NCBI RefSeq assembly: GCF_964355755.1
Contig: NC_092675.1
Coordinates: 7,745,812-7,809,811, forward strand
Source: Antedon mediterranea
Lineage: Eukaryota; Animalia; Echinodermata
Length of the DNA: 64,000 nucleotides
Direction: 5' to 3'
The number at the start of each line of letters is the position of its first letter. Position 1 is the first letter of the stretch. The position numbers were made by a program, and so were the translations under genes. Below the pieces are notes generated by a model, which was not told the DNA's origin, did not search any database, and saw only the letters and a list, made by a program, of their open reading frames with translations. Shown here piece after piece: positions 24,816 through 38,165 of this stretch.

Positions 24816-26431
24816 GATTAAAAAGTTAGTACTCATGTATGGCATGTTAAGGTGCAGTATCCATCCCTTGCTGAAAATAGTTTGGCTTAAGAAAACAATT
24901 GTGTACTAAAAACAGTTTGAGAAAAGTTTAAGAATCAGTGTCAATATTTTAATACCATTCACACTTTCGAAAAATTATTTATTCATTTATTCTTTATTTT
25001 GTATTCAGTACTACTTCTATTGAACACCTTAAGGTGTCCATTTAATTGAAGCTTTATAGTAAACTGTTGCTGTTAATAGTATTTCAGCTATTAAGGTTTT
25101 GTTCCTTTCTCGATTTATCTTTGAATTTCAGTTCTTTAAGATATGTTTTTGTTGAATAAAAATTGTATAATTAGTATTCTTTTTTTTGTCTTGTGTGTGT
25201 ATAATTAGTATTCTAATGTATTTAAGGAGATGTACAGTACTGTAAACTCCATTGTGTTTTGCATGCATATAGAATATTAAATACGAGTTTTCTCATTATT
25301 TTCATTAATATTTATGGGTTACTAAGTTGTAACCTATACTGAGTGCCTGATATTTTGAACTAAATAGTCCTGTATAATATGGTTTATGAGTAGGGATTTT
25401 CACCCGGTGTACTGATCTGCCATGGTTTCGTGGAGAGCCTAATCTGAATTTTCTTAGTTTCCATTCTTGAGGACAAATATAAATACTGTACCTTATTACC
25501 TTTAAAAACCAGTTAATGATATTGAGATGCCATCTGGTACATTTGATTGTCTAAAATATCAATTGTATTTTGAATCATCAAAACTTTTATATAATAAAGC
25601 TAAATTTTAATGGTATGAGATAATATAAAATGTTAAATATAGTTTTTTATATTATTCATCTGAAGCGGCTTTTCTACACTTAATGCAATTTGATCTGTCA
25701 TTATAAACTCCTCAATTTCTTCAACATTGTCTGTGCCACATTATAGAAGCCACTTATAATTATTAAGCCGTCTTTCTTTGAAAATTTGAAATAAAAATTC
25801 TTTTTCAGTCTGACTAATTATTGTCATTACTTCCTCATCATCACATTCACTCATTGTTTTGTGCTATCCGCTGTAAAATATTCCCATTAGAATATAGTCA
25901 TAAAGTGACTCCAATACTTTTAGCCGGTCATAAAGATTATCAAGACTCCTTTTAGTCTTCCGCCCCGTAAGTTTGAGAAGTATGTCACCACCGAACAATA
26001 TTTAACTTTGTATAAATAGCCAATGTTTTTATTGTTGAAAGGAGCGATAGTATGTTGATGCAGAATAGCAGATTTTGAGGTAATTTAATGTGAGATTAAA
26101 TGGTTTTTATTGCCTATAAAAGTCACCAAGGTATGACTATCAGGAGAATGTATGTCGTTACTTTATTTACATAGCTATGCATTGATAGGACCAAGCGAAG
26201 GATTTACATAATCGCAGTAATCTTGACTTTCTTAAGTCTTACCATATTTCAATTTTTTCCCTCTAAATCTTGTATTTATCTGTTTGTAAGTTGAAGTGTA
26301 CTGTAAATTTGAAAGAAAAAACTGGATTTAGTCACTCATCCAGCCATAGACTAGAGATCCAAGTACACCATGAGAAAATTCCATAATCTTTTAAAATCAA
26401 CCAGAAGCCATTCTGCTTCTTTTTTTTTTTA

Positions 26432-26596
26432 ATAGAGAATTTTTCATTTTGTGACGACCTGGGTCATGTCAATTAATTGTTTGCACGCGGAAAAGTTTGG
26501 ACATATTTCCTCACTCTGGGTCTAGGCGATGGCCGATGAAACATTGTGACCTGACCTAGCTTGTTTATAGGTCGTCACAAATCGCAAACTCTCTAA
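26432..26596. mobile_element. Small MITE
   Basis: ATAGAGAATTTTTCATTTTGTGACGACCT...AGGTCGTCACAAATCGCAAACTCTCTAA imperfect TIRs. Confidence 0.6.
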
Positions 26597-26944
26597 TTAG
26601 ACATCAAGAGAATCCCTACTAGTACTATTTTTTTAAATGGAAGACTGGGTCAACATGCATGGTAAAATCACATCCGAAAATTGGGGAATATTTCATCGTA
26701 TCAATGACATTAATAATAATAATATTCATTAATGTTAAAAGTAAATATTATCAATCAATATCAATATTTGTATGTGATTTTAAAGTGGTGTATAGACACA
26801 TGATATTTATTAAGTGAAAGAGATTATTTAGAGGGAATTAGGTTAAGTTTTTAGGGGCCTCTCTTGAAACATTTTCCGTCATTGAGACATTACGCTTTTC
26901 ACGATTTGTTTCCATATTTTGGGCAGGATGGTTTGTTAAAGCTT

Positions 26945-27235
26945 TATTATTAATATTATCCTTGATTTATATAGCGCCTAATGTTGTGAAACCTCTAAGC
27001 GCTGAACATCATTACCCCAGCCATTTTTGGCATCAAACACGCATGGATAATACTCTCATAATGCAGCTAGTAATCAGCGCAAAGTTTTGTCTTGATCTAA
27101 CCAGGTACCCATTTATACACCTGTGTGGAGAGAGGCAAACATAAGTAAAGTATCTGGCCTAAGGATACAAGCAATGCGACAGAGTTGGATTCGCGATCAG
27201 TAGTCCAGCGTCCAACTCACTGCGCCTCACATCCT
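26945..27235 (-). mobile_element. tRNA-derived SINE (same family as 13562)
   Basis: Reverse complement matches the head, core (CCTTAGGCCAGATACTTTACTTATGTTTGCCTCTCTCCACACAGGTGTATAAATGGGTACC) and tail (AGCGCTTAGAGGTTTCACAACATTAGGCGCTATATAAATC). Confidence 0.8.
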
Positions 27236-27507
27236 TACTTAATTTTCGCTTTTAAAATTGTTTAGACAATACAGTAGATTAAACTGTAGCTGTCTCATAA
27301 AGCAAATTTAATGTAATCAGAATAAAGCCATAGGCTAATTTAGCATACAAGATTGTAGACAAGATGTTGTTTGCATACTAAATAATTCAATTTTTGAACA
27401 AATGATATGTGGTTCTTGCAATTACATAATAATTTACCCTAGATTATTATACCTGTAGGAAAAAAACTAATATTTAGAGTTTTCCACAGAAAATTGTTTT
27501 ACCAATA

Positions 27508-27777
27508 CTGTATATCCTTGGGTATAATCCCACTTAAGGTCAAAGCCTCCTCCCTACTTTATGTCTGATTTCACAAACAGGCATACCTGGGTATAGTCCC
27601 AGTATTGACTTTTGGTCTGTATGTAGGCCTCTCTCTAGCCAGTTCAGATGAGTTTTTACAAGAAATGCTTACCAATCATTTTTTTTTTGAACCAGGGTTC
27701 CCCAGGTATAGTATCACCCCCTAAAGTCAGCCCAATTTTGTGTTCTAGTGGGTCGGATTATACCAGAAGATATACGG
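27508..27777. mobile_element. pogo/Tigger-like (Tc1/mariner superfamily) MITE
   Basis: TA|CTGTATATCCTTGGGTATAATCC...GGATTATACCAGAAGATATACGG|TA; TA TSD; repeated internal GGTATA(A/G)TC motifs. Confidence 0.65.
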
Positions 27778-28411
27778 TATATAAAGTCATGCTAAGAGTG
27801 AGACATATGTTGATAAATAAATTGTCAATTTATCGAGCCTTGCTGAGACATAGTCCGATAAATAAAACCAGTTATTTACTGATTTTTACTGTCATTTAAA
27901 TGCAAAACTACCTGCTCATGATGGATATAACTATTTAGATTACCTTTAAGAATTTTCAATTAAGTTATTGCTTTCAGAGACATTAGGACGCTGTGTATTA
28001 CTACTTTGGGATGACTTAAGTAACTAAACGTTTATTTTATACACAATTTCAGATACATTTTTTGGAGATCATCGTTGATTCAAAATTTATGCTACAAATA
28101 GTCAAAAATTAAGGACAATTTACACAGTGGTAGCGGTAATAAAAATATAGAATCTATGTTATTCCTTTAAGGACCATTTACACACAACGGACGGGTGGTT
28201 TCCGCTCAGGATAGATACAATTCTATGTGGGACAAGCTACGCCGGGTTCTGCTTACCGTTACCATTCGTCTGTGTAATTACTTTTTAACAGAGTGACTGT
28301 ACAGTACTCCAGGGGCTGGTTATAAAATTTGGGAACAATTAGTAGGTGAGATCATGAAGGGAAAATCCTCCATGGTATAGATTATACTGTACTGTATTCA
28401 GGTTGCATTAA

Positions 28412-28759
28412 AGATGTACATTGTCCCCCAAAAACATGAAAAATGAAGATTAATTAAATCAGACCTTGAATATGTTATTTTGTACTTAGTTTTAATAAAG
28501 TTAATCACTTCCATAAAAAAAACCAACAAAAATCATGTTTTCACTTATAAAATGACAAAATAAATGGTTAAATTCAACCAAAAATCCATTGGCTGGCAGC
28601 CAATTTGACCATTTTTTGCTTTAAATTACATTTTTTCAGGTAAATACATTTTTTTCGGTCAAATTTTTGGTCACACTAAATAACTATCATGTTACATTAA
28701 AATGGAATATTCATCAAAAAATTGTTTAAGAATTATTTTTTCAAGTGGACAATACATCT
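28412..28759 (+). mobile_element. Kolobok-like MITE (TTAA TSD, AG...CT termini), copy 1
   Basis: TTAA|AGATGTACATTGTCC...GGACAATACATCT|TTAA; homologous copies at 45548 and 49012. Confidence 0.75.
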
Positions 28760-30555
28760 TTAACAATGAAATTTACCAAAGTCTGTAGTTTAGCCTAAAA
28801 TAGAAGTGGGATTATACGATAGCATGGGGTTATACTCAGTCATTGGTATTTAGGTTTATGAGTGAACCAAAAAATACATTATTTAGTCAATATACTGTAA
28901 GTCTCCCTAATAGAGACATGAAAGTCCAATTTGTCTGAAATATATTCACTTAATCAAGATAGTGTCTTGAAATCTAGTTTTTCTTCGTATAAATTGTCTT
29001 CTTATTTCTCTTCTACAAGTAAGTATCATTAAATTAATAAAGCAGATATACATATAAATTTATGAGTATGTGTAACAAATTTTTATACCGCTCTTACATA
29101 ATTCAATAACCATTATGAGTTCTTTGACAATTATACGAAAATTGACAAGAAAAATATAATTGAACAGGGTATGTTTTTAATCCCACTGTGCAAAAGGTGC
29201 TTATACATTGAACACAATTGTTAGGTTTCCGATTAAAGAACTCCCACCGTTTCTTTATGTGATTTTTTTGTCCAAATTATAATTTTCAAACTACTGTATA
29301 AAGGTTGTTTTTGTGTTGGAAAACGAGCAGGAAATAACTGTAAACAGTATTTCACTATGTCTAGGATATAACAAAAGAGTTCTTTTACTTTCTACCAAAC
29401 ATTGGTGTTTGTTATATTACTTTACTTGCACAATATACAGGCGCAAGGCAAGGCTTTTCACAATACATTTTTTTCATGATTACGGGATATTAAATTTATA
29501 TTTTTTATTATTAGATAATAAGATTTAGGCTACTAACTGTTAATGCATGATGTTTCTGCCAGACTTTAATTATTACAGTAGTTGTACCATTAAGTACTGA
29601 TTAATAATTAAAGCTAATACAGTGTAGTGAAATCATATTAAGACCTGTTCCCTTAGGGAATGTTTCCTGAATGGTTTTAAAAAGTTTTTTTAACATGTAT
29701 TTTCATATTTCATTTCATACGAACGTGTCTTCTTAACAGACACTCCATTGAGTAAGTATGAGGGGGCTCTACTGTTAGTATGACAATTACCTGTATCTAC
29801 TAATTTATAAAAACTGAAAATCTACCTGTATTCATGTTTTATTGACATTTATACAGTTTTTGTGCATTACAATTACATAATATTTGCATTCATGTTTGAT
29901 AATTTCAATCATGAAAATCACCAATATGCTGTATAATTATATACAGTAACTATGTATTGTTACTGAACATATTTGTTTTTTCTGAATTCATTATTAAATT
30001 GTATCTATTATACACTAATCTAATATTAGACTAATAATAAATTATAATCTATTAAAATATGTATTCATTGTTGCTAAATTTATTATTATATAATATTCAC
30101 AGCTTCAAAGTTTGAATACAGTAGTTTAGCTACTGGAGTATGTTCAATACATATTTGCATGACATTTTTAAACTTGTCAATAGAGCTTTAAATTGCTCTA
30201 CATAATAGCAAAGTGAAATTTGTAGCTAAGAATGAAAGAGTAATGATAAAGAGCGTGCGCATCAACATTGCTAGGCTGGCAGTCTCATGCTCATTAGAGC
30301 AGAGCTGATCTGCAAGCTTCACCGGATCGAATGTGTCAAAATTTGTAAGTTTTAATGAGCACGTTCAGTTTACTTTCTCGTTTTCTTTCAGGCATATTAT
30401 CCAATAAGGTGACTGTCTTGTGGAAGGTATAGAATGTATAGATCAGACATCAAACTTGTACCTTACTATACATTATTTATAATAAACTTTAAGGATAAAG
30501 AATCTCACGAGATGTGATCTCTGTTAGCCGTTGATTCAAATACAATTTACCAGTC

Positions 30556-30826
30556 ATGTCAGCTGGTAGTGATGCATTGGAGAACGGCCGAGATGGTCGA
30601 CGGGATTCCAACCGTCATTCTTACCGCAGGACGTCAAGCAATAATAATGGAAGCCTTAAAGGGACTTTGACAGCTTATGAGAGGTTGAACAATGATTTGA
30701 ACGAAGATGATAAAGTTCAGAAGGAGGTCACTCTTGGCAAGAGGATTGGATTTTATAGGATTCGTGGCGAACTTGGTACTGGTAATTTCTCACAGGTGAA
30801 AATGGGCCTACATGTATTAACCAAAG
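30556..30826 (+). CDS. NIM1K: NIM1-like Ser/Thr kinase, coding exon 1 (exon starts at 30392)
   Basis: LTAYERLNNDL...KEVTLGKRIGFYRIRGELGTGNFSQVKMGLHVLTK is the characteristic NIM1K N-terminus and G-loop. Donor AG|GTAAGT at 30827; upstream acceptor TTTTCTTTCAG ending at 30391. Confidence 0.93.
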
Positions 30827-31336
30827 GTAAGTCAACAAAAATATAAATTAATTGGGTAGGGGTAGGTTGATGGGGATGCCAACCTTTAAAGTATTCAACT
30901 ATATAATATCTTTTTGATTCAACCTAGCATTAAACTTTATTTTTAAGACTTTACAGGTAGCTAAATTTCAACCTAACAACCACCCAAGAAATCTCTTAAA
31001 AGTACTGTTTTATTTTTTTCTTCCCCCACCTTTAATGTTTTGATTACTGATGAAAAAAAAAGAAACAGAATGTATCACACTGTTTTAAAAAATTATATTT
31101 TGCTGTTTTAACAACTCGAAGGCCCGCTTATTTTGAATCGGCATTTATTTATTATATGCCATCTAGAACACTCTGTCAGAGTTTCAAATCAGATTTGTAT
31201 ATTATATGTGCCTCTCTCCCTGTTTTTCTTACGAATAAATGGTAATGAATTTTGAAAAATAAACCAAAGGAACTAAACAAAACCATAAATGATATATACT
31301 TTATAAACATAAAGTTTATTTATTGTCTTTCAATAG

Positions 31337-31605
31337 AAAAAGTTGCAATAAAAATTCTAGACAAAACAAAACTAGATCAGAAGACACAGAGGCTGCTATC
31401 GAGGGAGATCAGCAGTATGGAGAAACTGCACCATCCGAACATCATCCGACTCTATGAGGTCATAGAGACATTGTCCAAACTGCACATAGTCATGGAGTAT
31501 GCTGCTGGTGGAGAACTGTTCACAAAGATTTCTAACGAGGGTAAACTCAGCGAACAGGAATCAAGGCCTATATATGCACAGGTTGTGGCAGCTGTTGAAC
31601 ATATT
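31337..31605 (+). CDS. NIM1K: NIM1-like kinase, coding exon 2
   Basis: Acceptor CAATAG ending at 31336, phase 1. EKVAIKILDKTKLDQKTQRLLSREISSMEKLHHPNIIRLYEV...MEYAAGGELF...AVEHI. Donor GTAAGT at 31606, phase 0. Confidence 0.95.
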
Positions 31606-31633
31606 GTAAGTAAACAAGACTGATGATTGTTAA

Positions 31634-31797
31634 AGCTAGGGCTGTCTCTTTTCTAAACACACTATCAAATTTGACAAAAAAGTGTGATGTGCCCAAATAT
31701 GTTAGTGCTATACCCAAACATGGTAGTGATATGACATCATCATATATGGGCACATCACATTTTTTTGTCACATAAAGTTTGATAGTGAGACAGAGCT
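31634..31797. mobile_element. PIF/Harbinger-like MITE family (TIR AGCTCTGTCTACACTATCAAACT); other copies at 3183-3297, 3850-3925, 9020-9046, 46686-46810 and 57818-58203
   Basis: Shared TTGACAAAAAAAGTGTGATGTGCCCAAATATGGTAGTGATATGACATCAT core and AAGTTTGATAGTGTAGACAGAGCT end followed by TAA/TTA. Confidence 0.75.
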
Positions 31798-31919
31798 TAA
31801 TCTACATTCAAGCTTGTTCTGTTTTACAAAAACGGAAGACAGAGGCACCATTTATAATTTTCCATCAATTAACAACACAGCGACATCAAGTATGAATGTA
31901 CATCTTAAGGATCTTTTAA

Positions 31920-32050
31920 TACCATTGGCAATCAGGCCCTCTACAAACACTCTAACAAAAAATCCCTTACAGATTATTTAAGAATTCCAGGTTTTTGTGA
32001 TGGAGAATGTTATGCTTTGTATATTCTCCTCATTGTCAGATCCAATTGAG
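31920..32050 (+). repeat. Dispersed ~130-bp repeat, second copy at 33832-33966
   Basis: Both copies contain CAGGCCCTCT(A/G)CAAAC(A/G)CTCTAACAAAAAATCCC...TTAAGAATTCCAGGTTTTTGTGATGG...CTCCTCATTGT...CAATTGAG. Confidence 0.75.
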
Positions 32051-32846
32051 GGTAATTTTTTTAAACAGATAGGATATAAGTTCAGCACTTAATTTTACAA
32101 TTTTTAGGTCCTGCCCCATTTTCGATTTTATGCTTTTATTGTTTCCTTTCCTGGCTGCCTTTAATCTTTCTGTCATTTTTCTCGTCTAAGTCCTACATTT
32201 GCTATTTCCTACAGTAAATTCTCTATTTATCAACTTGACATTGTCCTTCACTTTTTGAATTTGATGTGAAAATTGTTTGCCTTTATGAATCCTTTCAGTT
32301 TGATCTTTTTCCGGAACAAAAACCTTTTTTCTGTTTCACTTCTTTCGGATTGCTATCACCTGGTCAGGCCTATCATATTTCATTATAGTGCAATCAGCCT
32401 GTTCTTTTCCATATTCACTTTCATTCATGAATTCAAAATGAATTTAACAGGTGAAGTCAATAAGAATGTTAATGTCTATTCCACTAATTGTGCTTTAATC
32501 ATTATATCAATTTTCAGAGTAATTATATGTTTAGATACATTTCCGAGGAGAGTACAGTAATGACATTGTGAGGTAAAACACAGATGTGAAAACCAACGCA
32601 AGGCTTATGAATTATGCTATTAAAACATGAAATCTAACTTCGTCTAGAGTGTTGGAAAGTTGAGTAAACTTTAATAATGGATAGATGCAAAGATTTACAG
32701 TAGAAATCAATATGTGTATTCGTGAGAATACCTGCCATGCATACAATAGTACATGACATTAATCGATATAGTGTGAACACCACTTTACTGATACGTTCAC
32801 TTTCCTTTCTTTTTTTGATTATAACATTAATTATTATCTACAGTTA

Positions 32847-32981
32847 AGTTTGGTTCCCACTAGGACACAACATAGGATGTAAGCACAATGCAAGTAATTT
32901 GAAAAATCATGCGCCGTGATTGGTCAAATCAATTACATTGCGGTTATGTCCTTGTGCTGCATCCTAGTGGGAACCAAAGTT
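32847..32981. mobile_element. PIF/Harbinger-like MITE (TIR AGCTTGGTTCCCACTAG); related copies at 35181-35302 and 61640-61836
   Basis: AGTTTGGTTCCCACTAGGA...TCCTAGTGGGAACCAAAG with an internal GTGATTGGTCAAA motif shared among copies. Confidence 0.7.
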
Positions 32982-33114
32982 TAGTGTTAGCATTTCAACA
33001 TTTCACATACGGTACCATAGATAGAAAGATATTTGTTCCCCTAAAAAAAATTTTTGTTAAATAGTTTGTAGAATATGTGCAATTTTCCCACCAGTGGCTC
33101 CTGGCAGCCCCTGT

Positions 33115-33295
33115 GGCCATATTCACCAATCACACTTAAGTGAGATATTTCCCTTAAATATTAAGTACTGTATTTCACTTACTTTAAACTCAATAAATAT
33201 TTAAGTATTTCCCTTAAATTGTATTCAATTGGATAGGAGATTTTTGTTGTTGTAAGGGTATTTCTCTTAGCCTAAGCGTGATTGGTGAATACAGC
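33115..33295. mobile_element. MITE
   Basis: GGCCATATTCACCAATCACACTTAAG...CCTAAGCGTGATTGGTGAATACAGCC TIRs; internal TATTTCCCTTAAAT repeats. Confidence 0.7.
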
Positions 33296-34326
33296 CAATG
33301 GCCTCCCAGTCTGTGTGTTTTCTTGCGAGGGACCCCTCTCCCTTTGGGGAACAATACATTTAAAAATAAGAGTGTCAATTCATTGTTCTCTTTGTTATTT
33401 GTAATATACACTCTTTAGAGACAATAGAATATCGGTTTATGGAGGTAAACGTCATTCATAAACTACTGTGTAATTTAAAAATTATCTTTATTTTCATTTT
33501 TTACTACTGAATGCAGAATTAGAAATGTTCTACCTCATCAAATCAAGAAATAATGTGACATATAAAAGCAGATAAAACTGTTATTGTCCATTATAAATTG
33601 GAAAATTACTTCTACTTTTGACATTCTCATAGATTCACAAAGTATACTGCTACATACAATACTTTATTTAGGTATTGCCTTTTTTACAGGCTATTTATAT
33701 TGTCTTTGTGGTACATTAAAATATAGGGAAAAAAGTAAATTAATATTTGAACCTCTTTTAAGGGGACACCTTCGAGGCCAGACAGAGTGGTTAAGTTGGT
33801 TAAATCATATATTGCATCTTGTTTGTTTTAATACCATAGGCATTCAGGCCCTCTGCAAACGCTCTAACAAAAAATCCCAATCACAATATTCTTTTAAGAA
33901 TTCCAGGTTTTTGTGATGGGGAAAGTTATTATTTGTATACCCTCCTCATTGTTGGATTCAATTGAGTGTCATATTGTTTGTTTCACAAAACAGTATACAT
34001 TTAATAGGAGCACGTCTCTCAGGAGCGATTCTATTTCTTAAAATGTTAATTCAAAGTTTAATGTGTGACCTTTTCATGGCAGCTGTTAAAAAGTAAATTA
34101 CATAATTATAGAATGTGGTTCATTATTTCATCATTACAATAAAATATTTGTCTCTCTGTGTTTTTCATTCAATGATAATTGTATCTTCCCCATTTTATAC
34201 TGATAATTTGTTTTTTTATGTGAAATCTATTTTTTACTATTTATTTTTATTTAAGCTGCTTTTTTTAATTTCAAAATGTATTAATTACCGGATTAATATT
34301 TCTCTCTTTCCGAAAGCATACAGCCT

Positions 34327-34378
34327 GTTGCTATGGCAATTACAAATACTGGTAACTGTTGATAAGTTCCATGGCAAC
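34327..34378. promoter_or_regulatory. Pair of RFX X-box candidates
   Basis: GTTGCTATGGCAAT (34327-34340) and AGTTCCATGGCAAC (34365-34378). Confidence 0.45.
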
Positions 34379-36821
34379 AGAGAGTCAATATTGCACCTAT
34401 GTAAAGATATGTGTGAGTGGTAAGGCAATAAGATCTGTACTCTGTAAATTTGCCTAATATATCGTGACTTCCAAAATTTATTGTATCAAGTAATTCTAAA
34501 CATAGCGATTTATAATAAATTGTTGCTTGTTAATATATTTTAGTTTAATTTGACAAATTAAAACAAATGGCATAATTTTTTTTTATTATAGAAAACACCT
34601 CGAAGGCTTAAAAGCTAAACAAATCTAGACAAACAGAAAAAGAGTTACAATGTCAAAACATTTTTTTTTTTATCAAAACAACCACACAATAATTTTTCAG
34701 AATAATAATTATTTTTGAATACTATGAATATTGAACTTTAGATATTAAGGCTATGAAATTCAAATTTTTTATTTTTACATTTCTTGGATTAAATTTTCAT
34801 TTATCAGTTAATATTTCCAATGTAACTGTATAGTATCCATCATTATCGATATGTTGAGATAAAACCTTTCTCTAGTTCTTCAGTTGTCATGGAGATGAGA
34901 TTCTGCTCTGATTATTATTAACATTTTGTCTTCAATTTTATTTGGTTAATATTATTCATTATCTTTAAAAATCATATTATATTCAAAATTAATTTTGAAT
35001 AATACGACAATTCATTATCATTGGAGAAATTATTTACATTTATTGATCTCATTTGCATAATACAATATACAATAGATAGACAATTGTGTTTGAATTTGTG
35101 CTCTGAAACTTTTCATTATAATTAGACTTTTATCATTCTAAAGTTCGTCTTTTAAGTCAGTGTTTTTTTTATATACTTTTATAGCTTGGTTCCCACTAGA
35201 ACACAATACAATAATGTGAGCGAGGTGACCAATGAAAAGTGACAGTTCAAATAATCCATAACTTGTGATTGGTCAAATTACTATTTTAATGGGAACCAAG
35301 CTTTAATCTTTTTCATCCTGCTATGTTCAGTTTAATCAGACACGTAACCTTGGATTCTCTTACGGTTTTTTTAAATAATTGATAATAAATCATTATTTCT
35401 GAAGAAAGATAATAATAATTAAAACTGTTACGTCAAAAAGTCGAGTGGCGTTTTTGAAAGAAATATTTCTTGTTTATTTTGAAAAATACAACATGATTTT
35501 AAATAATACATAGAATAAACAAAATAAAAAAATTAAATTTAAAAGTCAAATTCTATATAAAAAAAGATCAAATTTATTATGAAAGAAAAGACAATTACTG
35601 TAATTTAAGCACTAATTATGAAAGAAAGAAAATTATGCATAAATTAGTATTATTAACAACTGAAATTCTACGTACTGTAGAATAATAATTGTACAGATGT
35701 TTATTTTTTAAATTTCACTTTTCTAGTTCTGTAGGTTTTTAGGCTAATGTGTTATATATCTGTATAGAATTAATAATTTAGTTGATCTATAATTTATACA
35801 CTTCTTATCTGTAAGAAATAATATTCTAATTTAAATCGAAATGCCTTCAAATTATTTAGGATGCATACTGCATCATCATTGAAACTTTCAGATTTTGCTA
35901 ATTATTTCCATCGAGAGAGATTCTGCATTAACAATGATAAATCGCTGTATAGGGATATTGAATATTGCTGTAAGCATTGAAATTAAACTATATAACATAG
36001 AGCGTTGTTGCTTACAATTCTTTCTTCTATCATTCCCCAGCTGAAGTCAAATTCAATCACATGTAACAGACATCAACATTCATTTTGACTCAAAATGCAC
36101 TCATTAACGATTTCTGTTGAAGTTTAAAGGATAATTTTTAATACATTGTACTGCATTTTGCATTTCACAAATGTCACCAGTCCACTTTGAGTTTGAAATG
36201 CTTGCTAACGATTTTAAGATTATGAATAATGTGTTGTAATGTACTTCAAGCCTATATTAATATTAAAATCCCTTCTGTGATCTTTCATCAGACTTTTTAT
36301 TTAATAAACGGTCTTTCACAGCAGGAAACAGACCTGTTATAGTACTAATGGTTGTAGATAGATTATATTTTTTGCAGTAAAAAGTTGGTTTTTCTTGTCA
36401 TGCAGCAACTTTCTGTTAAGATACTTATACTATAGTGTTGAACACATGCATTTTACTGTACTGTTACTAGGAAGCTTGTGATTTGTTTAATATTCCTTAA
36501 CACATTCTATAACCAGGCAAAAGCCAACATCACAATATTAGTAGGTCTTGCGACAGTTAGGTGAGGATGACGAATATCACGTGTTCACTAGAACGTAAAA
36601 TCATACAATCAACATAGCTGTTTTATTAGTTACGCACCGTTGCGCGAAAACAACGACCGGCAGTCTCTCCCTCCCCTGTCTCGTGGCGCGCATAGGCCTA
36701 GCATTCCTTTCTAGGGCCTCGCATTCAAATGCCGCTTTTAACATTAACCCAATAAAAATGTTATTTCATTAAACAATTAAAGTAGAAGTTTAATTACTAT
36801 TTAGAGTTTTGAAAATTCCAC

Positions 36822-37150
36822 CATTATTTGTTTGTTGTTTTCTGCGGAAGTTAATAAATTTATTAAATTTAAAAATGGCCAAGTCAAAGTTTGATTTTTC
36901 TCATCTTTATTTTCTATGTTTAATAATTTCATTATTTGTTTGTTTTTATCTGCGGAAGTTAAAAACTGTATTAAAATTAAAAAATTGCCAAGTCAAAGTT
37001 TGATTTTTCTCATCCTTATTTTCTATGTTTAATAATTTCATTATTTGTTTGTTTTTATCTGCGGAAGTTAAAAACTTTATTAAAATTTAAAAATGGCCAA
37101 GTCAAATTTTGATTTTTCTCATCTTTATTTTCTATGTTTAATAATTTCAT
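36822..37150. repeat. Tandem repeat, ~109 bp x 3
   Basis: Units start at 36822, 36930 and 37039: CATTATTTGTTTG...CTGCGGAAGTTAA...GCCAAGTCAAAGTTTGATTTTTCTCATC. Confidence 0.9.
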
Positions 37151-37688
37151 CTTTTTTTCTACAACAAATTGCTATGGTGACTAAAAAGTAAACCTTTAAT
37201 GATAACAAAAGGTTTAGATGTGTTTAATCTAATGTATTAGAAACCTAAAACTATGATGTGTGCATTATAGTATAATGTTTTGTTCTTATTCTGTTAGCAT
37301 TTATTAAGTGCCGTCTCTAGTATGTGACTAAAGGCCTAAATCAATGGCATTGTGAAGATGGACAAAATCTCTTAAGTGGTTTCTGAACATGACTACTTTC
37401 AGGAGTAAACTGATCAAGCCTGCAGGAATTAGTTTACTATTAAAAATCTCTACACAAAAGATCGTTTATATATAAAGAAGGAGAACTATCGCATAAATTG
37501 TGAATTTTAATTTCAATTACAATAACCGATTATCTTTACCGTAACTAAAAAGGCCAACGTTTACCTCGCTTTGCACACAACATGAATAAAAGTTGGATGG
37601 TAGAGTAAATTATCATTTTATAGTTCAACCAGCACAAATGATATTAAAAATGGATTTTTTAACTAATATTTATACAGTAAAAACCCTA

Positions 37689-38165
37689 TTTTTTTTTTTT
37701 TTTATTGAACATTTTTATATTTCAATTTCAAAAATAGCTTAAAATAATAACACTTTCTTATTAATAGTAATACACAATATACATTTCTCTTAAGAACAAA
37801 ATATAAATAATTTCATAATGTAATAAATATAAATCTACTTTTTCTTTTCTCTTAAAAACAAAGTCTATAAATAATTTGTTGTCAATTTTTTCTTTTATAG
37901 CATATTTCAACTAAAAAATAATTTAATTAAACATAAAACTTTCTTATTCAAATAAATAGTTATTACTTACTAAATAAACAGATGATAAAAATTCTATAAA
38001 TAATTCAAGATTAAAAAAACATTATATAAAAAACAGTGCTTTTATTGAACACTTTCATATTTCAATTTAAAAAATAGCTTAAAATAATAACACTTTTTTA
38101 ATAATAATAATATATAATATACATTTCTCTTAAGAACAAACTATAAATAATTTCATGATGTAATT
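37689..38165 (-). repeat. Poly(A)-tailed retroposon 3' fragment with a ~125-bp direct duplication
   Basis: T-run plus TTTATT at 37689-37706 (AATAAA and poly-A on the minus strand). 37701-37825 is repeated at 38041-38165. Confidence 0.5.

Noticed and set aside
31252-31336. N-terminal extensions of the kinase ORFs in the ORF track (also 40260-40295)
   Set aside because: Intronic read-through upstream of clear AG acceptors.
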